A stretch of DNA of 64,000 bases, taken from positions 16,490 through 80,489 of the forward strand of contig JBBDYC010000008.1 of the NCBI GenBank assembly GCA_040901985.1, in the 5' to 3' direction. A program made the position numbers and the translations under genes. Each line of letters begins with the position of its first letter. Positions within the stretch are counted from its first letter, which is position 1. The stretch is from Gemmatimonadaceae bacterium. GTDB lineage: Bacteria; Gemmatimonadota; Gemmatimonadetes; Gemmatimonadales; Gemmatimonadaceae. Shown here piece after piece: positions 41,799-51,601 of this stretch. Under the pieces are notes generated by a model. That model did not search any database and was not told where the DNA came from. It was given only the letters and a program-made list of their open reading frames with translations.

Positions 41799-42197
41799 AC
41801 TATGAAAGTTATAACAGTTATACAGGCTGTCAAGAGACTTTAATATCTGTTATAAACTGTATTATATGTCAAATATAATGCGAGCCCGAACCGGTCTATC
41901 GCGCGCCGAACGCTTGCGGCCAGTTCGCTGCTGGCAGAACCAGAGCAAGGGTCACGAAGGAAATCGGCGGTATCTAGCTATGAAGTGCGGTAGCGGCGCG
42001 CCACCGCTGAGTCATCGACGCGTAGCACAAGTAGGAAGTGCCTGCACTCATCACTCGGCTCAGAGTGCCCGTGCAGTACGAAACGCGGTTGCTCAGCGCA
42101 GCATACCTTGTTGTCTACTACGGTGGGTGAGCTCCACACCTAAGCGACGCGACGCACCGCACCGCTACAACCGAGAGTCCATTGCGCTAGTCTCGGA

Positions 42198-43076
42198 TTA
42201 CCGCCTGCCTCGGCTCAACACCCAAGAGATGAATTCGTCTGAAAATACAACTCGACCCATCGAGAACCTGACTTGCGAGACGTATTTCTTGGAAGCGGAT
42301 TCACCGAGAACCGCCTCCACTACAACACTCTCTACCTTTCCAGCAAGAATCGAGGTTGCCGGCGAAACCTTATACACGGCCTTTTTCTCGCCTGCCCCCT
42401 GTGCATCCACGCGATCGTAATTCTGAATCTCGCGGAAAATACCAGCGAGGTGGCTCAGCCGAACGATGTTGGCGTCGTGAGTTTCAATGCTCTTGCGGAA
42501 CGCAAGTACCTCTTCGAGCGATATGCCAAAGCATTCCTGGTCGAAGACGTGTACGACGATTATCGGAACCTTGGCGGCGCTTTGCCACGCGCTGAGCGGC
42601 CCCAGGTCCTCTTCTTTGATGAAGATGTTTGGAGCCGTCGGCGCCTTAGCATGCTTTAGCGGCCTCTTGTCCAGCTGAGCTTTGGTCTTACGGACGTAAG
42701 CGCGCTGCTTCATTTCTGAAGCCTTGTACGGCGAGAACTCGACCTCAACAGCGCACCGTGCTTTCGCGAGGACGAAACTCAATTCCGATGAAAGCTTTGC
42801 GGTGGTTACTTCTCGAAGGTCATAATCTCTCGATCGCAGTGCATTATGTTCAGCTGGGCTCAAATGGGCGGCGTCAAAGACCAAGAGATCCGGTACCTTG
42901 GGCTCTCCCGCCACACTCCCGACCAAGTTGTCCGCGCTGACCCCGGAGGTTCCGAGCCTAACGGCAACAAAAGGCTTATGTAGGAACGCCTTGAGCAGTA
43001 TATCCTCGGCCCACTTGCTAGCCTTATAGCGATGCTCAAAATCAACTCCACGTCCTCGACGCTGCGGAGGCATCAC
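42198..43076 (-). CDS. Type II restriction endonuclease candidate (AccI-like)
   Basis: KWAE, KVPDLLVF, AVEVEFS, PNIFIKEED; downstream of C gene, divergent from MTase. Confidence 0.6.
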   Translation of the reverse strand: MMPPQRRGRGVDFEHRYKASKWAEDILLKAFLHKPFVAVRLGTSGVSADNLVGSVAGEPKVPDLLVFDAAHLSPAEHNALRSRDYDLREVTTAKLSSELSFVLAKARCAVEVEFSPYKASEMKQRAYVRKTKAQLDKRPLKHAKAPTAPNIFIKEEDLGPLSAWQSAAKVPIIVVHVFDQECFGISLEEVLAFRKSIETHDANIVRLSHLAGIFREIQNYDRVDAQGAGEKKAVYKVSPATSILAGKVESVVVEAVLGESASKKYVSQVRFSMGRVVFSDEFISWVLSRGRR

Positions 43077-43315
43077 ATGCCCTCCATTAAAGTGGCAACG
43101 GAGACGCGCAAGCCGTTCGCCACGGACGCGAGAACCGTGATGGTCGGGTTTCTAGCTCCCCGCTCCAGGCCGCTCAAATAGGTTACGTGTACTTGACTGC
43201 GGAAGGCGAGCTCCTCTTGAGAGAGGCCCTGATCCTTCCGAAGAATTCGAATCCGGCGACCAAGCTGCTTCGAGACGTCAGCAGACCTAGGGCGAGACCT
43301 TTTTCGTGTAGCCAT
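43073..43315 (-). CDS. R-M controller (C) protein, XRE HTH
   Basis: LSQEELAFRSQVHVTYLSGLERGARNPT; overlaps REase start. Confidence 0.8.
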   Translation of the reverse strand: MATRKRSRPRSADVSKQLGRRIRILRKDQGLSQEELAFRSQVHVTYLSGLERGARNPTITVLASVANGLRVSVATLMEGM

Positions 43316-43344
43316 TGGCTATGGATACGAAGACGCTATAGATT

Positions 43345-43364
43345 CCTCCACAGACTATGAGTAA
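43345..43364 (-). promoter_or_regulatory. C-box operator
   Basis: Minus strand TACTCATAGTC-TGTG-GA resembles C.AhdI/C.PvuII-type boxes; right half degenerate. Confidence 0.6.
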
Positions 43365-43383
43365 ACCATACGATGGCGATGCC

Positions 43384-44904
43384 ATGAGCATACTCGAGAA
43401 GCTTCCTACAGGTGCAGCGCGTGAAGCGCTCAGAGAGAAGGGGCAGTTTTTCACACCCGGTTGGGTGGCGGACGCCATGGTCTCGTTTGCCGGGCGGGGC
43501 GCTAAAGCGCTGTACGACCCCGGCTTCGGCCTCGGAGCGTTCTCCTTGGCGACTGATCGAGTGTTTGGCGCTGCAGCACGAGATTACGCTGGATGTGACA
43601 CGGATCCGACCGTCTGGAGCCGCGCCCGAGATCACGGCGTAAGGGAGGACGTTCTCGAGAAAGTGAAGTGCGTGGACTTCTTCACTGTTGATCGTCTTCC
43701 TGATGGAACGTCCGTAGTGTCGAACCCCCCTTACGTCCGACATCATCGGCTCGAGACAAGCCAAAAGGAACACCTGCGTGCTCTCGGGACTCGCACGCTA
43801 GGGCGCGCCCTTGACGGGCGGACCGGAATTCATGCCTACTTCCTTATCCACGCGCTCAATCTCCTGCCGAAAGGGCAGCGGCTGGCATTCATCGTTCCTT
43901 CGGACATCTGCGAGGGTGTGTACGCGAAGCCGCTGTGGAAGTGGATAACGTCTGCCTACCGCGTTCAGGCGTTGGTGACCTTCTCACCCGAAGCCTCTCC
44001 GTTTCCCGGAGTGGACACAAACGCTGTCGTGCTACTGATCTCGAATGAGTCGCCCGGGAGCGAGTACTCGCTTGCTCGTGTGAAGACCTTCGGAACTGAC
44101 GCGCTGAGCGACTGGATCAAGAATGGACTGCCTGTGCACGACATGCCCGACCTAGTAGCGACGAGACGAACGATAAGTGACGGAGTCAGGGACGGCGTAT
44201 CGCGCTTTCCGCTCGTTGGAGCCCGCGAGAGCGGACTGGTTCTCGGTGACTTTGTGAAGGTTGTGCGTGGAATTGCGACCGGAGCAAATGAGTTCTTCTT
44301 TCTGACTAGCAAGCAGATCGAATCGCTTGGACTTCCCCAAAGTGTCTTAGTTCGCGCTGTGGGGCGTACGCGCGACATCACGAGTGAGGTCGTCTCGCCG
44401 CAGGACTTAGTCCGATTGGACGAGGAGGGGAGGCCCACATTCCTCCTATCTCTCGACGGCTCACGAAAGGAGGATCTATTGCCGGAAATTCGCAACTATC
44501 TTGCCATAGGAGAGGAGCAGCAACTCCACACCAGAGCCCTAATTGCGATGAGGAATCCGTGGTACAAGATGGAGAAGCGGGTTCCGCCTCCGTTCCTTTT
44601 CGCGTACCTCGGCCGCAGAGAAACGCGCTTTGTTGAGAACCGCGCACGACTCGTTCCGCTCACGTCATTTCTTTGCGTATACAATCGTCCGGAGACTGGA
44701 GCATCCGACGCTGAGCTTGGCCGGTTGCTAGCAGATCCGGAGCTACATCGTGCCTTGCCCTTCGTGGCGAAGTCGTACGGCGGCGGAGCGATCAAGCTCG
44801 AGCCACGGTCGTTAGAACGCGTGCCGTTGCTACCGGATCTCATAGTACGGCATAACTGGATCCTGAACGTCGAGCCAACATTGCAGCGAGACCTCGCAAT
44901 CTGA
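43384..44904 (+). CDS. N6-adenine DNA methyltransferase (gamma class)
   Basis: GQFFTP, YDPGFGLGAF, NPPY, RGIATGANEFF, YGGGAIKLEP. Confidence 0.9.
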   Translation: MSILEKLPTGAAREALREKGQFFTPGWVADAMVSFAGRGAKALYDPGFGLGAFSLATDRVFGAAARDYAGCDTDPTVWSRARDHGVREDVLEKVKCVDFFTVDRLPDGTSVVSNPPYVRHHRLETSQKEHLRALGTRTLGRALDGRTGIHAYFLIHALNLLPKGQRLAFIVPSDICEGVYAKPLWKWITSAYRVQALVTFSPEASPFPGVDTNAVVLLISNESPGSEYSLARVKTFGTDALSDWIKNGLPVHDMPDLVATRRTISDGVRDGVSRFPLVGARESGLVLGDFVKVVRGIATGANEFFFLTSKQIESLGLPQSVLVRAVGRTRDITSEVVSPQDLVRLDEEGRPTFLLSLDGSRKEDLLPEIRNYLAIGEEQQLHTRALIAMRNPWYKMEKRVPPPFLFAYLGRRETRFVENRARLVPLTSFLCVYNRPETGASDAELGRLLADPELHRALPFVAKSYGGGAIKLEPRSLERVPLLPDLIVRHNWILNVEPTLQRDLAI

Positions 44905-44976
44905 GCGCACGGGGCGGAATCTGCTTCTCCAAGCTGGTGGTACTGACCAGGAGAGTAAACCAAGGAGGCCGAGTCC

Positions 44977-45037
44977 GGATAGCGTGTGCTTCTGTTGCGA
45001 CCGCATCTGCGCTCGTCGGCAGCAAGCGTCTTTAGCA
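44977..45037 (-). repeat. Degenerate, internally deleted attC-like site
   Basis: Minus: TGCTAAA-GACGCTTGCTGCCGACGAGCGCAG..GCAACAGAAGCACAC-GCTATCC; same family as sites at 54181 and 55261. Confidence 0.6.
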
Positions 45038-45046
45038 CGCCGCGGG

Positions 45047-45616
45047 TATAAACCGAGGACATAGGTAACACTGCTAACGTGGCACGTAACCGGGGAGGTT
45101 GCGATGCCGTGGCGGAAGCTGAGACCTATGGACCAGAAGAAGGGGTTCGTGCGCGAGTACCGGCGCGGACTGTATACGCTGACGGAGCTTGCCGAGCGCT
45201 ACGATCTCTGCCGGAAGAGCGGCTATGCGCTCGTGCGCCGAGTGGACGAGCCAGGCATCGCGGGACTACAGCCGCAAAGCCGGCGACGGCACACGTCGCC
45301 GAACCGGACACCGGATTACGTCGCTACGATGCTCATCGAGGCGAAGCGGAAGTATCCAGCCTGGGGCCTAGAGATGCTGCTGCACTGGCTGCGACCACGG
45401 CATCGGGAGTTCCGCAACTGGCCCGCCAAAAGCACTTCGGTCGCGAACTTCAAGCGCGAGGCGATCCGGCCGCCGAAGGCCACGATGCGCTCGCAACAAC
45501 GGGCCTACGATGCGTTCCGCGCTGGGTACAACGCCGGCCGCCACGCCGATGACCGCAAGCAGAGCCTGCACTGGACGGACCTACGTTGTCCGCCCAGCGC
45601 ATTCTCTATGCTGTAG
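45047..45616 (+). mobile_element. IS481-family remnant (left IR-like sequence plus transposase lacking the integrase core)
   Basis: AACCGAGGACATAGGTAACAC; MPW..HTH..SRR.HTSP..PAWG..PAKST jumps to QQRAYDAFR..YN. Confidence 0.7.
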
Positions 45617-45620
45617 CTGG

Positions 45621-46775
45621 TCAGCTCCCGCGGAAGTTGATCATTGAGTTCGCGAGCAAACTAGACCAATGGCGCTGACTCTTGCCCATCTTATTAGGAT
45701 TTCGACCAGCGTCGTCGCAAGCCTCGTCGGTGACGCGAAGGAGAGAGAGTCCGTGTCGGTCCCAGATGGCGTTGAGATTTAGGTCTTGGCTCACCCAACG
45801 GTACTTATCGTCTTCGCCAACCGTGACGAACTGTCGGAAACAGGCGAGTAGTGGAAGCAGCGCGGATGGGAGTGGCTGCGCGTCACTGGTTCGATCGTTG
45901 AACGGCAGGACTTTCCTACCATTGTGAACCCACTTGAGCCCACCAAACCGGCCGCTAGCGTCATTCCAGACACCCTGGGACGTGGCAGCGATGTGATCGT
46001 GGAGTTCAAGGATATCCGTGACTATTGGAGCCAGTTTCTCGACTCCACTCGAGTCGGCAACATAGTCCTTGAGTACCGCCTCCTTGCTTGAATAAGCCTT
46101 GACAGGTTGTGTCTGGTCGGGCTTTGGCGGGTACTTCGCGATATCGAACATCGAGAGCATCGCAACGACATCACGAGCCGTAAGCTCGCCTTCATCGTTC
46201 TCGCTCCAAGCAATTCGACCGCCGTAGGGTTTACTGGCGAGCACCGCTTTGAGCCAGTCGAACCGACCTTCGAGGTTCTTTAGGCTCATGAGCTTTACTG
46301 CAACCGATGTATTCAGTCCACCGGAAATCACATCGATGAGGTCGGGGCGCAGGTTGGTGAGGACCTCGAGCTTCACATACTGCTCAGGAAACGTCGCGGT
46401 AGTGTCCGCATTAGCCTCCGTAATAATCTTAGCAGTATGCCCCCCATCGACGATTCCGTCCATCATTCCATTCTCATCGTTCAAATGGAGCGTGTACTCG
46501 TCTTCACCGCGCTTTTCCACCCGTCGGGCAATGACCGTGATGCCCTTATTCTTCAGATGAAAAAGACCGTCGTTTGATTTCAGGCTATCGCGAATCTCTC
46601 TGTAAACTGAACGATCGGTGTTGGGTTGTCGTGCATTGGGATCCAAGCACTCAGCGAGCGCGGCAGGGAAGCTGTTCGCCTGCACAAACAAAATATGCCG
46701 GTCCACACCCTCATTCTGATAGGTGGGATCCGGCATCCGGCGGGCAAAGTTGGCCCGAATAACAAATGTCTTCAT
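45621..46775 (-). CDS. AIPR family protein
   Basis: PNAR, FHLKNKGIT, GIVDGGHT, GLNTS. Confidence 0.75.
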   Translation of the reverse strand: MKTFVIRANFARRMPDPTYQNEGVDRHILFVQANSFPAALAECLDPNARQPNTDRSVYREIRDSLKSNDGLFHLKNKGITVIARRVEKRGEDEYTLHLNDENGMMDGIVDGGHTAKIITEANADTTATFPEQYVKLEVLTNLRPDLIDVISGGLNTSVAVKLMSLKNLEGRFDWLKAVLASKPYGGRIAWSENDEGELTARDVVAMLSMFDIAKYPPKPDQTQPVKAYSSKEAVLKDYVADSSGVEKLAPIVTDILELHDHIAATSQGVWNDASGRFGGLKWVHNGRKVLPFNDRTSDAQPLPSALLPLLACFRQFVTVGEDDKYRWVSQDLNLNAIWDRHGLSLLRVTDEACDDAGRNPNKMGKSQRHWSSLLANSMINFRGS

Positions 46776-47216
46776 AAAAAATCTCCCGTCCAAACTGCCG
46801 GCGCTGCCGACGCTGGACTCAAGGTTGATCAATCCTGCCATCCGGCAGGTTGACGGCTCAAGTATAGGCCATCACCTCTGTGGTGTCAAGTTCCAACGCG
46901 ACTCCGAGTCCCGGATTCAGTCATCCCCGCCGGTCCAGAGGAGGACTCGTATGCAGTCGGTGGCCATGGCCCCGGCAGCACGCCAACGGAGCCGAACGCT
47001 CCCCATCGGTCGTCCACTTCGCGGCTGAAAACAGGCTGCAATGGAATCTGGACATGCGAACGTTGGAGCGACCGCGCTACGGGTCGAGCGGAAGCAGACT
47101 TCATGCGTAAGCCCGGCGCTGAAGTGAACGCGGCTTTTCTCACTGCGAATCCCACGTTGGCGATTTCGAAGAACCAGTGTTCGATCAGGCACTCGTCGCG
47201 GAAACCAAACATACAG

Positions 47217-48653
47217 CTATTTCATAAGTCGGCGTCCGGCCGTTCTCCCAAGACCCAGGGCGACTGCAGTCTGGAGGTAAGCGCCCTCGGCATCAAACGT
47301 GATTGGCGGATCGAATCCGAGGAGCTCGCGAAAGCGCGCTTCCACGAACGTCCTGAGGGGAGCAAAACGAAAGGCTCCGCCGACGAATACGACGGAGAAG
47401 TGCCGACTAGCAACTCCGCTGTCGGCAGCGCACAACGTGATAAAGTTATTGAGGGTTGCCCCAAACCCTGACCTGCGAGACTGCATATCTAGCTCGAGCT
47501 CTAGCGATGGAGTGAGTGCGGACAAGAGACAGTGCTGCCTCTGGGAGAGGAGCTGCGAGTTCCGTTGGTCGTGAGCGGTGAGACCGAGAGTATTCGCCAC
47601 ATCGACGAACGTAATGTCCGCGAATTCATTGCCAGAAGAGAATTGGCGCTTTGCGTCCTCGAATTGAGCGTCCAATGTCACTTGTCGGGCCCTACCATCC
47701 AGGAGCTTGAATGCGTCACGCAGTCCCGAATTGCCACGCAAGATGCAGTTGGCCATCGCCTCGTTGAGATTCCGTCCACCAAATCGATGTGAACCGGAGA
47801 CGGTCTCGTTACCTACCTCTACAAGTCCCGAGCCAAGCCGATTCAGTTCGACCAACGACATATCCGTTGTACCGGCACCCGCGTCGATTATCATCAGCGC
47901 TTGGCTCTCACGATGTGGCTGGAGATCGATTCCTCGGGCCGCCGCGAGTGATTCAGGTTGGAACGTCACTTCAATATCCCTTGCACCAAACTCCCCTGCG
48001 AAATCGGCTTCGACCAGCGCCTGTCGTCGGCGCTCAGTGGCCAGCCGATATGACTCAGCCTCCGTCTTTGGAGAAATTGATGGAATGCCAATGACTACTT
48101 GGCTGATGGGTTCTCGGTACTCATCTGCGACCCGCCGTCCGACCGATCGAAATATCGCGGCGGTTGCGACGATCAGATCACTCTCTGATGGCCCGGGAGA
48201 TGCAATCTGGTAGAACTCGCGGCGCACTTCCGTGTTCTCGCTCTGGCTCATTGGATCCCACGTCGACTTGGTCTCCACCACCCGAGACCGGTACGTGGCA
48301 ATGTTGGGCTCGGAGAGCTCCGGTTTGAAGTGGGCGAGCAACATATCTGCTTCATGTCCCTCTCGGCACCAATTCTCGAAAGTGCCGTTGCGCTGCGCAC
48401 CTATACGTCGTTGCCAATACTCACCAAAGTCCTTCTGCGCTGGCTCAAATACGGACCGCACGTATCTTTTGGCCTCACCCGGTCGCCGAATGAGTGGTTC
48501 TAGGGCCGAGCTTCGGGCAAACCACACTTTCGAATTCACCAGTTCGTCAACGTTCTCGAGAATGATCAACCGGGGTCTTAGTAAGTCTGAACTGCGCGCG
48601 ACTGAGACTGCCGTCGTGGCTGTTCCAAAGTCAATTCCGACGGCTAGTGACAT
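47217..48653 (-). CDS. Atypical Hsp70/actin-like ATPase (nucleotide-binding domain only)
   Basis: GIDFGT, PESLAAA, IDAGAGTTD, FGGRNL, EDAKR, VGGA, AVALG. Confidence 0.7.
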   Translation of the reverse strand: MSLAVGIDFGTATTAVSVARSSDLLRPRLIILENVDELVNSKVWFARSSALEPLIRRPGEAKRYVRSVFEPAQKDFGEYWQRRIGAQRNGTFENWCREGHEADMLLAHFKPELSEPNIATYRSRVVETKSTWDPMSQSENTEVRREFYQIASPGPSESDLIVATAAIFRSVGRRVADEYREPISQVVIGIPSISPKTEAESYRLATERRRQALVEADFAGEFGARDIEVTFQPESLAAARGIDLQPHRESQALMIIDAGAGTTDMSLVELNRLGSGLVEVGNETVSGSHRFGGRNLNEAMANCILRGNSGLRDAFKLLDGRARQVTLDAQFEDAKRQFSSGNEFADITFVDVANTLGLTAHDQRNSQLLSQRQHCLLSALTPSLELELDMQSRRSGFGATLNNFITLCAADSGVASRHFSVVFVGGAFRFAPLRTFVEARFRELLGFDPPITFDAEGAYLQTAVALGLGRTAGRRLMK

Positions 48654-50613
48654 GCTCTTGAGCCTCCTCAATCATATTGACGATCTGAGTAATGAACTCG
48701 CCAGCGGCAACGGTCTCCCGCTGCACGACTGCAAGCGTCGAGGACACCTCGTTCTGCACGCGCTCTGCAGCCCAGGCCGTAGTCTCGGTTGCCGCAGACC
48801 GGACGTACTCATGGACTCTTGCCGCAACTTCGTCAACGACGGGGTCAGCCAGCTTCTCGCTGAGTCCGAACGGTTTGTGTGATTTATGAGCATCCCGTAT
48901 CGCAACATGCTTCCAGACCGCACGCTTCGGCCCATCGTTCGCAACCAGCTCCTCTAGAGTGGATGATCCAAGCTCGCTCTTGTTAGTCGCCACGAAGCTA
49001 CACAGCACCTCAAAAAAGTAAGGCGAATCCGCTGCGTATTGCTCTACGCGCAACCGCGCTTCGTTCAGTTCGGTCGGTAACTGCTCAATGAGCGCTCGCT
49101 CTACTGAAGAGCGCGCCGCGCCTCCTACTAGCGCAGTCTGTGAAAGCTGCTGCACTAGCATCGCGAAGTCTGTGTTACCGACTTGTGTTGCGGACTCCGT
49201 GGTCTCGCTCGCCTCTGCCGGCGACTCCGGGAGTCTCTTCGGGCTCGCGATCTCCACGGCATCGACCAGTCGTGCCGTGTCAATGCTCAGCCAAGGCACC
49301 GGATTCTTCTCGAGCCTCCTCAATTCTGCAGCGAGCATGGCTACTAGCCGTCGGAGGCGAGTCGCTTCTTGTTGCGCTGAGGCAAGCCGATCTGCGTGTT
49401 GGGCACCTTCGAGTATCTGCGCGACGCGCGAACTCACTTGGACAAGCTCACGGCGCTCGATCACCCCCTGCAGTCCCTGCCAAAGGCGAATAGCCTCGTT
49501 GGCGTCGGCGGATTCCAGCAACTCAAACGGAGCGGCAGCAGCATCAAGCTTGGACAAACTGACGGCGCTACCATCGCGCGCGGCAACCTTCTGAAATTCA
49601 AGGCGGTCGGCAGGCGCAAGCGTGCGGGCACCAAGGTTTTGAAGAACAGCCTTAAGTGCGCTACTCGTCAGTTGTGGCGTGTTCACGGCCAACAGTGCCA
49701 ACAGTGCGGCTGCTGACTGTTTCTGAAGTTCCGCCAGTTGCTTCGCGCTCAGCTTGTTGGACATTGAGAGCCGAACAGCGTCTGCCCATACGTTGGCGGC
49801 TTCGGCTGGAACGCGTGCCTTGAGAAGGTGCGAGAACAACGGGCCAGCCACGACCTTCTTTCTTGCGGCAGAATTGAAGATAGTGTGGAGGACTTGCTGG
49901 CGAAAATCATTTAGCTTCCGGAATTCGCCCGCCACACCGCCCGTCGCTTTGGTTGGCGCCACGCCTGTCGCCGCAACCTTTGCGATTGCCCGCAGGGCTG
50001 CCGTCTCCTTCGGATTCGCCCCGGCATTTGGAGATAGGCTGAGAACTAGGTGCCGATAGCAGAGTTCCTTTGCCAGCGGGCACCCTAGCGCCGAAAGGGC
50101 TGCTGCGGAGTCGTGAGTGATTCCAACGTCGCGCCAAACAGCATGACTGTCGAACCCGTTGGTATTCGGAAGCCTCAACGTCACGAAAGTACTGAAGATC
50201 GCGGGAACGCTGTTCTCTACTTCGTCGTTCGATAGCGGCCAATTGCGTCGGCGCACGCGATTGGAAATCTGTTCCTCCCATTTGCCACGAGATACCTGCA
50301 ATCCCATCGCCATAGCAACAAGCTGCCGGCCGAGCGGATGCGCATTCATCGCAACACGAGCACTATCATTCTTGGTGAGATTCAGCAGCCTAGGGTCAAG
50401 CAAAGCGTCTAATGCCAAGAAGCTGCCGATGCCACCCAGGAACTCAGCGTTCAAAAAGGCAGCCCGCAGGCCTGCGGGGCTCTTGATAGAGCCTATCAGA
50501 GCCTTCCTTGCTTGCTGGTAGGCCGACCTTGTGAGGGGGTTCGCATCGGTGGCCGTAAGAAGCTGCTCAAGGGCTTGACGCGTGTTCGTTGGCGAAATCG
50601 GCTTTCTATTCAT
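48631..50613 (-). CDS. 660-aa Ala/Leu-rich helical hypothetical protein
   Basis: Long ORF with AGGAG RBS; overlaps Hsp70-like start. Confidence 0.65.
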   Translation of the reverse strand: MNRKPISPTNTRQALEQLLTATDANPLTRSAYQQARKALIGSIKSPAGLRAAFLNAEFLGGIGSFLALDALLDPRLLNLTKNDSARVAMNAHPLGRQLVAMAMGLQVSRGKWEEQISNRVRRRNWPLSNDEVENSVPAIFSTFVTLRLPNTNGFDSHAVWRDVGITHDSAAALSALGCPLAKELCYRHLVLSLSPNAGANPKETAALRAIAKVAATGVAPTKATGGVAGEFRKLNDFRQQVLHTIFNSAARKKVVAGPLFSHLLKARVPAEAANVWADAVRLSMSNKLSAKQLAELQKQSAAALLALLAVNTPQLTSSALKAVLQNLGARTLAPADRLEFQKVAARDGSAVSLSKLDAAAAPFELLESADANEAIRLWQGLQGVIERRELVQVSSRVAQILEGAQHADRLASAQQEATRLRRLVAMLAAELRRLEKNPVPWLSIDTARLVDAVEIASPKRLPESPAEASETTESATQVGNTDFAMLVQQLSQTALVGGAARSSVERALIEQLPTELNEARLRVEQYAADSPYFFEVLCSFVATNKSELGSSTLEELVANDGPKRAVWKHVAIRDAHKSHKPFGLSEKLADPVVDEVAARVHEYVRSAATETTAWAAERVQNEVSSTLAVVQRETVAAGEFITQIVNMIEEAQEHVTSRRN

Positions 50614-50789
50614 TCCGAAAGCTCCTACTCGAACGCTGGATTCCGCAAGCAGCCGAGAGCCCCCGCCGTCCCGATCCGGCTCAGACTCTAGATCATGCTC
50701 CTCCAGGGCCTTGAGGATCGTGGCAATACCTCCGCGATGTACTTCGATCCACGATCATTGGGAAAACGATGACCGCCGCCAGCACGCCG

Positions 50790-50824
50790 TGCGTCAAGCC
50801 CGTCGCCAGCAAGCGTCGTTAACC
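50790..50824 (-). repeat. Partial attC (left arm only)
   Basis: GGTTAAC-GACGCTTGCTGGCGACGG containing the stop of the 50819 gene. Confidence 0.5.
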
Positions 50825-51481
50825 CGGATCTCGAATGCGCGCCACAAGCCAAACCTCCGTGTCGTTTGGCAGCCGATGCGCCACGAGCCACACGTGACAA
50901 CGCTTTCGAACGCGAAGCGCGCGACTCTTGTAAACTGAGAAAGGAAGGAAGCAGGTCACCTCGGCTGCGTAACCGTAATCCGGATCGGCGTCGGCACGAA
51001 GGCGCAACTCAACGTGCGGCTCACTCACGAGCTTGCCTAAGAATCCACGGCTGACCGGATTCTCTGGATAGCTAAGACGCTTGAAGAAGTTCACCTGCCG
51101 CGCCTCTGATATGATTTGACCCTCTATTTCCTCCGAGTCTCCTTCAGGTACGACCGAGACAACCGTCTCTTTCCCGGTCTCGGAAAAGATGTCCCTTTGA
51201 AGTCGGTCGAGCACGGCTGGCGGCACGTCCACGCCACGCTCCACGGCCGCGGCTTCGATGAGTCGCTTGGTCTCTTGGGCGGAGACCCCGCGAGCGCGGA
51301 ACTGACGAATCTGGTAAGGGACGCACGTGCGCGCGTGAAGCGGCCACGGTTCACCCGGACTCTCAAAGAATACTCGCGAACCGCAGCTGCAAGAGAAGAA
51401 GTAGACGCGCGCGGTGCAGTCTTGGCATGTCGTACGCCACATTCTCGAAGAGCAACCCGAGGCATGATTTGGAACGCCCAC
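50819..51481 (-). CDS. Cassette 8: Cys/His-rich putative Zn-binding protein
   Basis: CQDC..FFSCSCGSRVFF..PWPLH..C. Confidence 0.65.
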   Translation of the reverse strand: MGVPNHASGCSSRMWRTTCQDCTARVYFFSCSCGSRVFFESPGEPWPLHARTCVPYQIRQFRARGVSAQETKRLIEAAAVERGVDVPPAVLDRLQRDIFSETGKETVVSVVPEGDSEEIEGQIISEARQVNFFKRLSYPENPVSRGFLGKLVSEPHVELRLRADADPDYGYAAEVTCFLPFSVYKSRALRVRKRCHVWLVAHRLPNDTEVWLVARIRDPG

Positions 51482-51501
51482 TCAGTTGGCCCTCTAGATC
51501 G

Positions 51502-51601
51502 GTGTAGCGTTTACTTCCGCTGCGAGCGCTTTCACAAAATGGTGCCGTGGCCCCACAACCGCCACCTCAGCTGCGTTCGTCGGCAGCAAGGGTCGCTATG
51601 T
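51502..51601 (-). repeat. attC7 (AGC/GCT core)
   Basis: ACATAGC..TTGCTGCCGACGAACGC..GCGCTCGCAGCGGAA..GCTACAC. Confidence 0.65.

Noticed and set aside
41880..42197. 184-aa plus-strand ORF and a possible attC right-arm remnant near 41905
   Set aside because: No recognisable motifs, overlaps the REase antisense; palindrome too weak
46842..47216. Short ORFs between the Hsp70-like gene and AIPR
   Set aside because: Competing frames without motifs; cannot choose one
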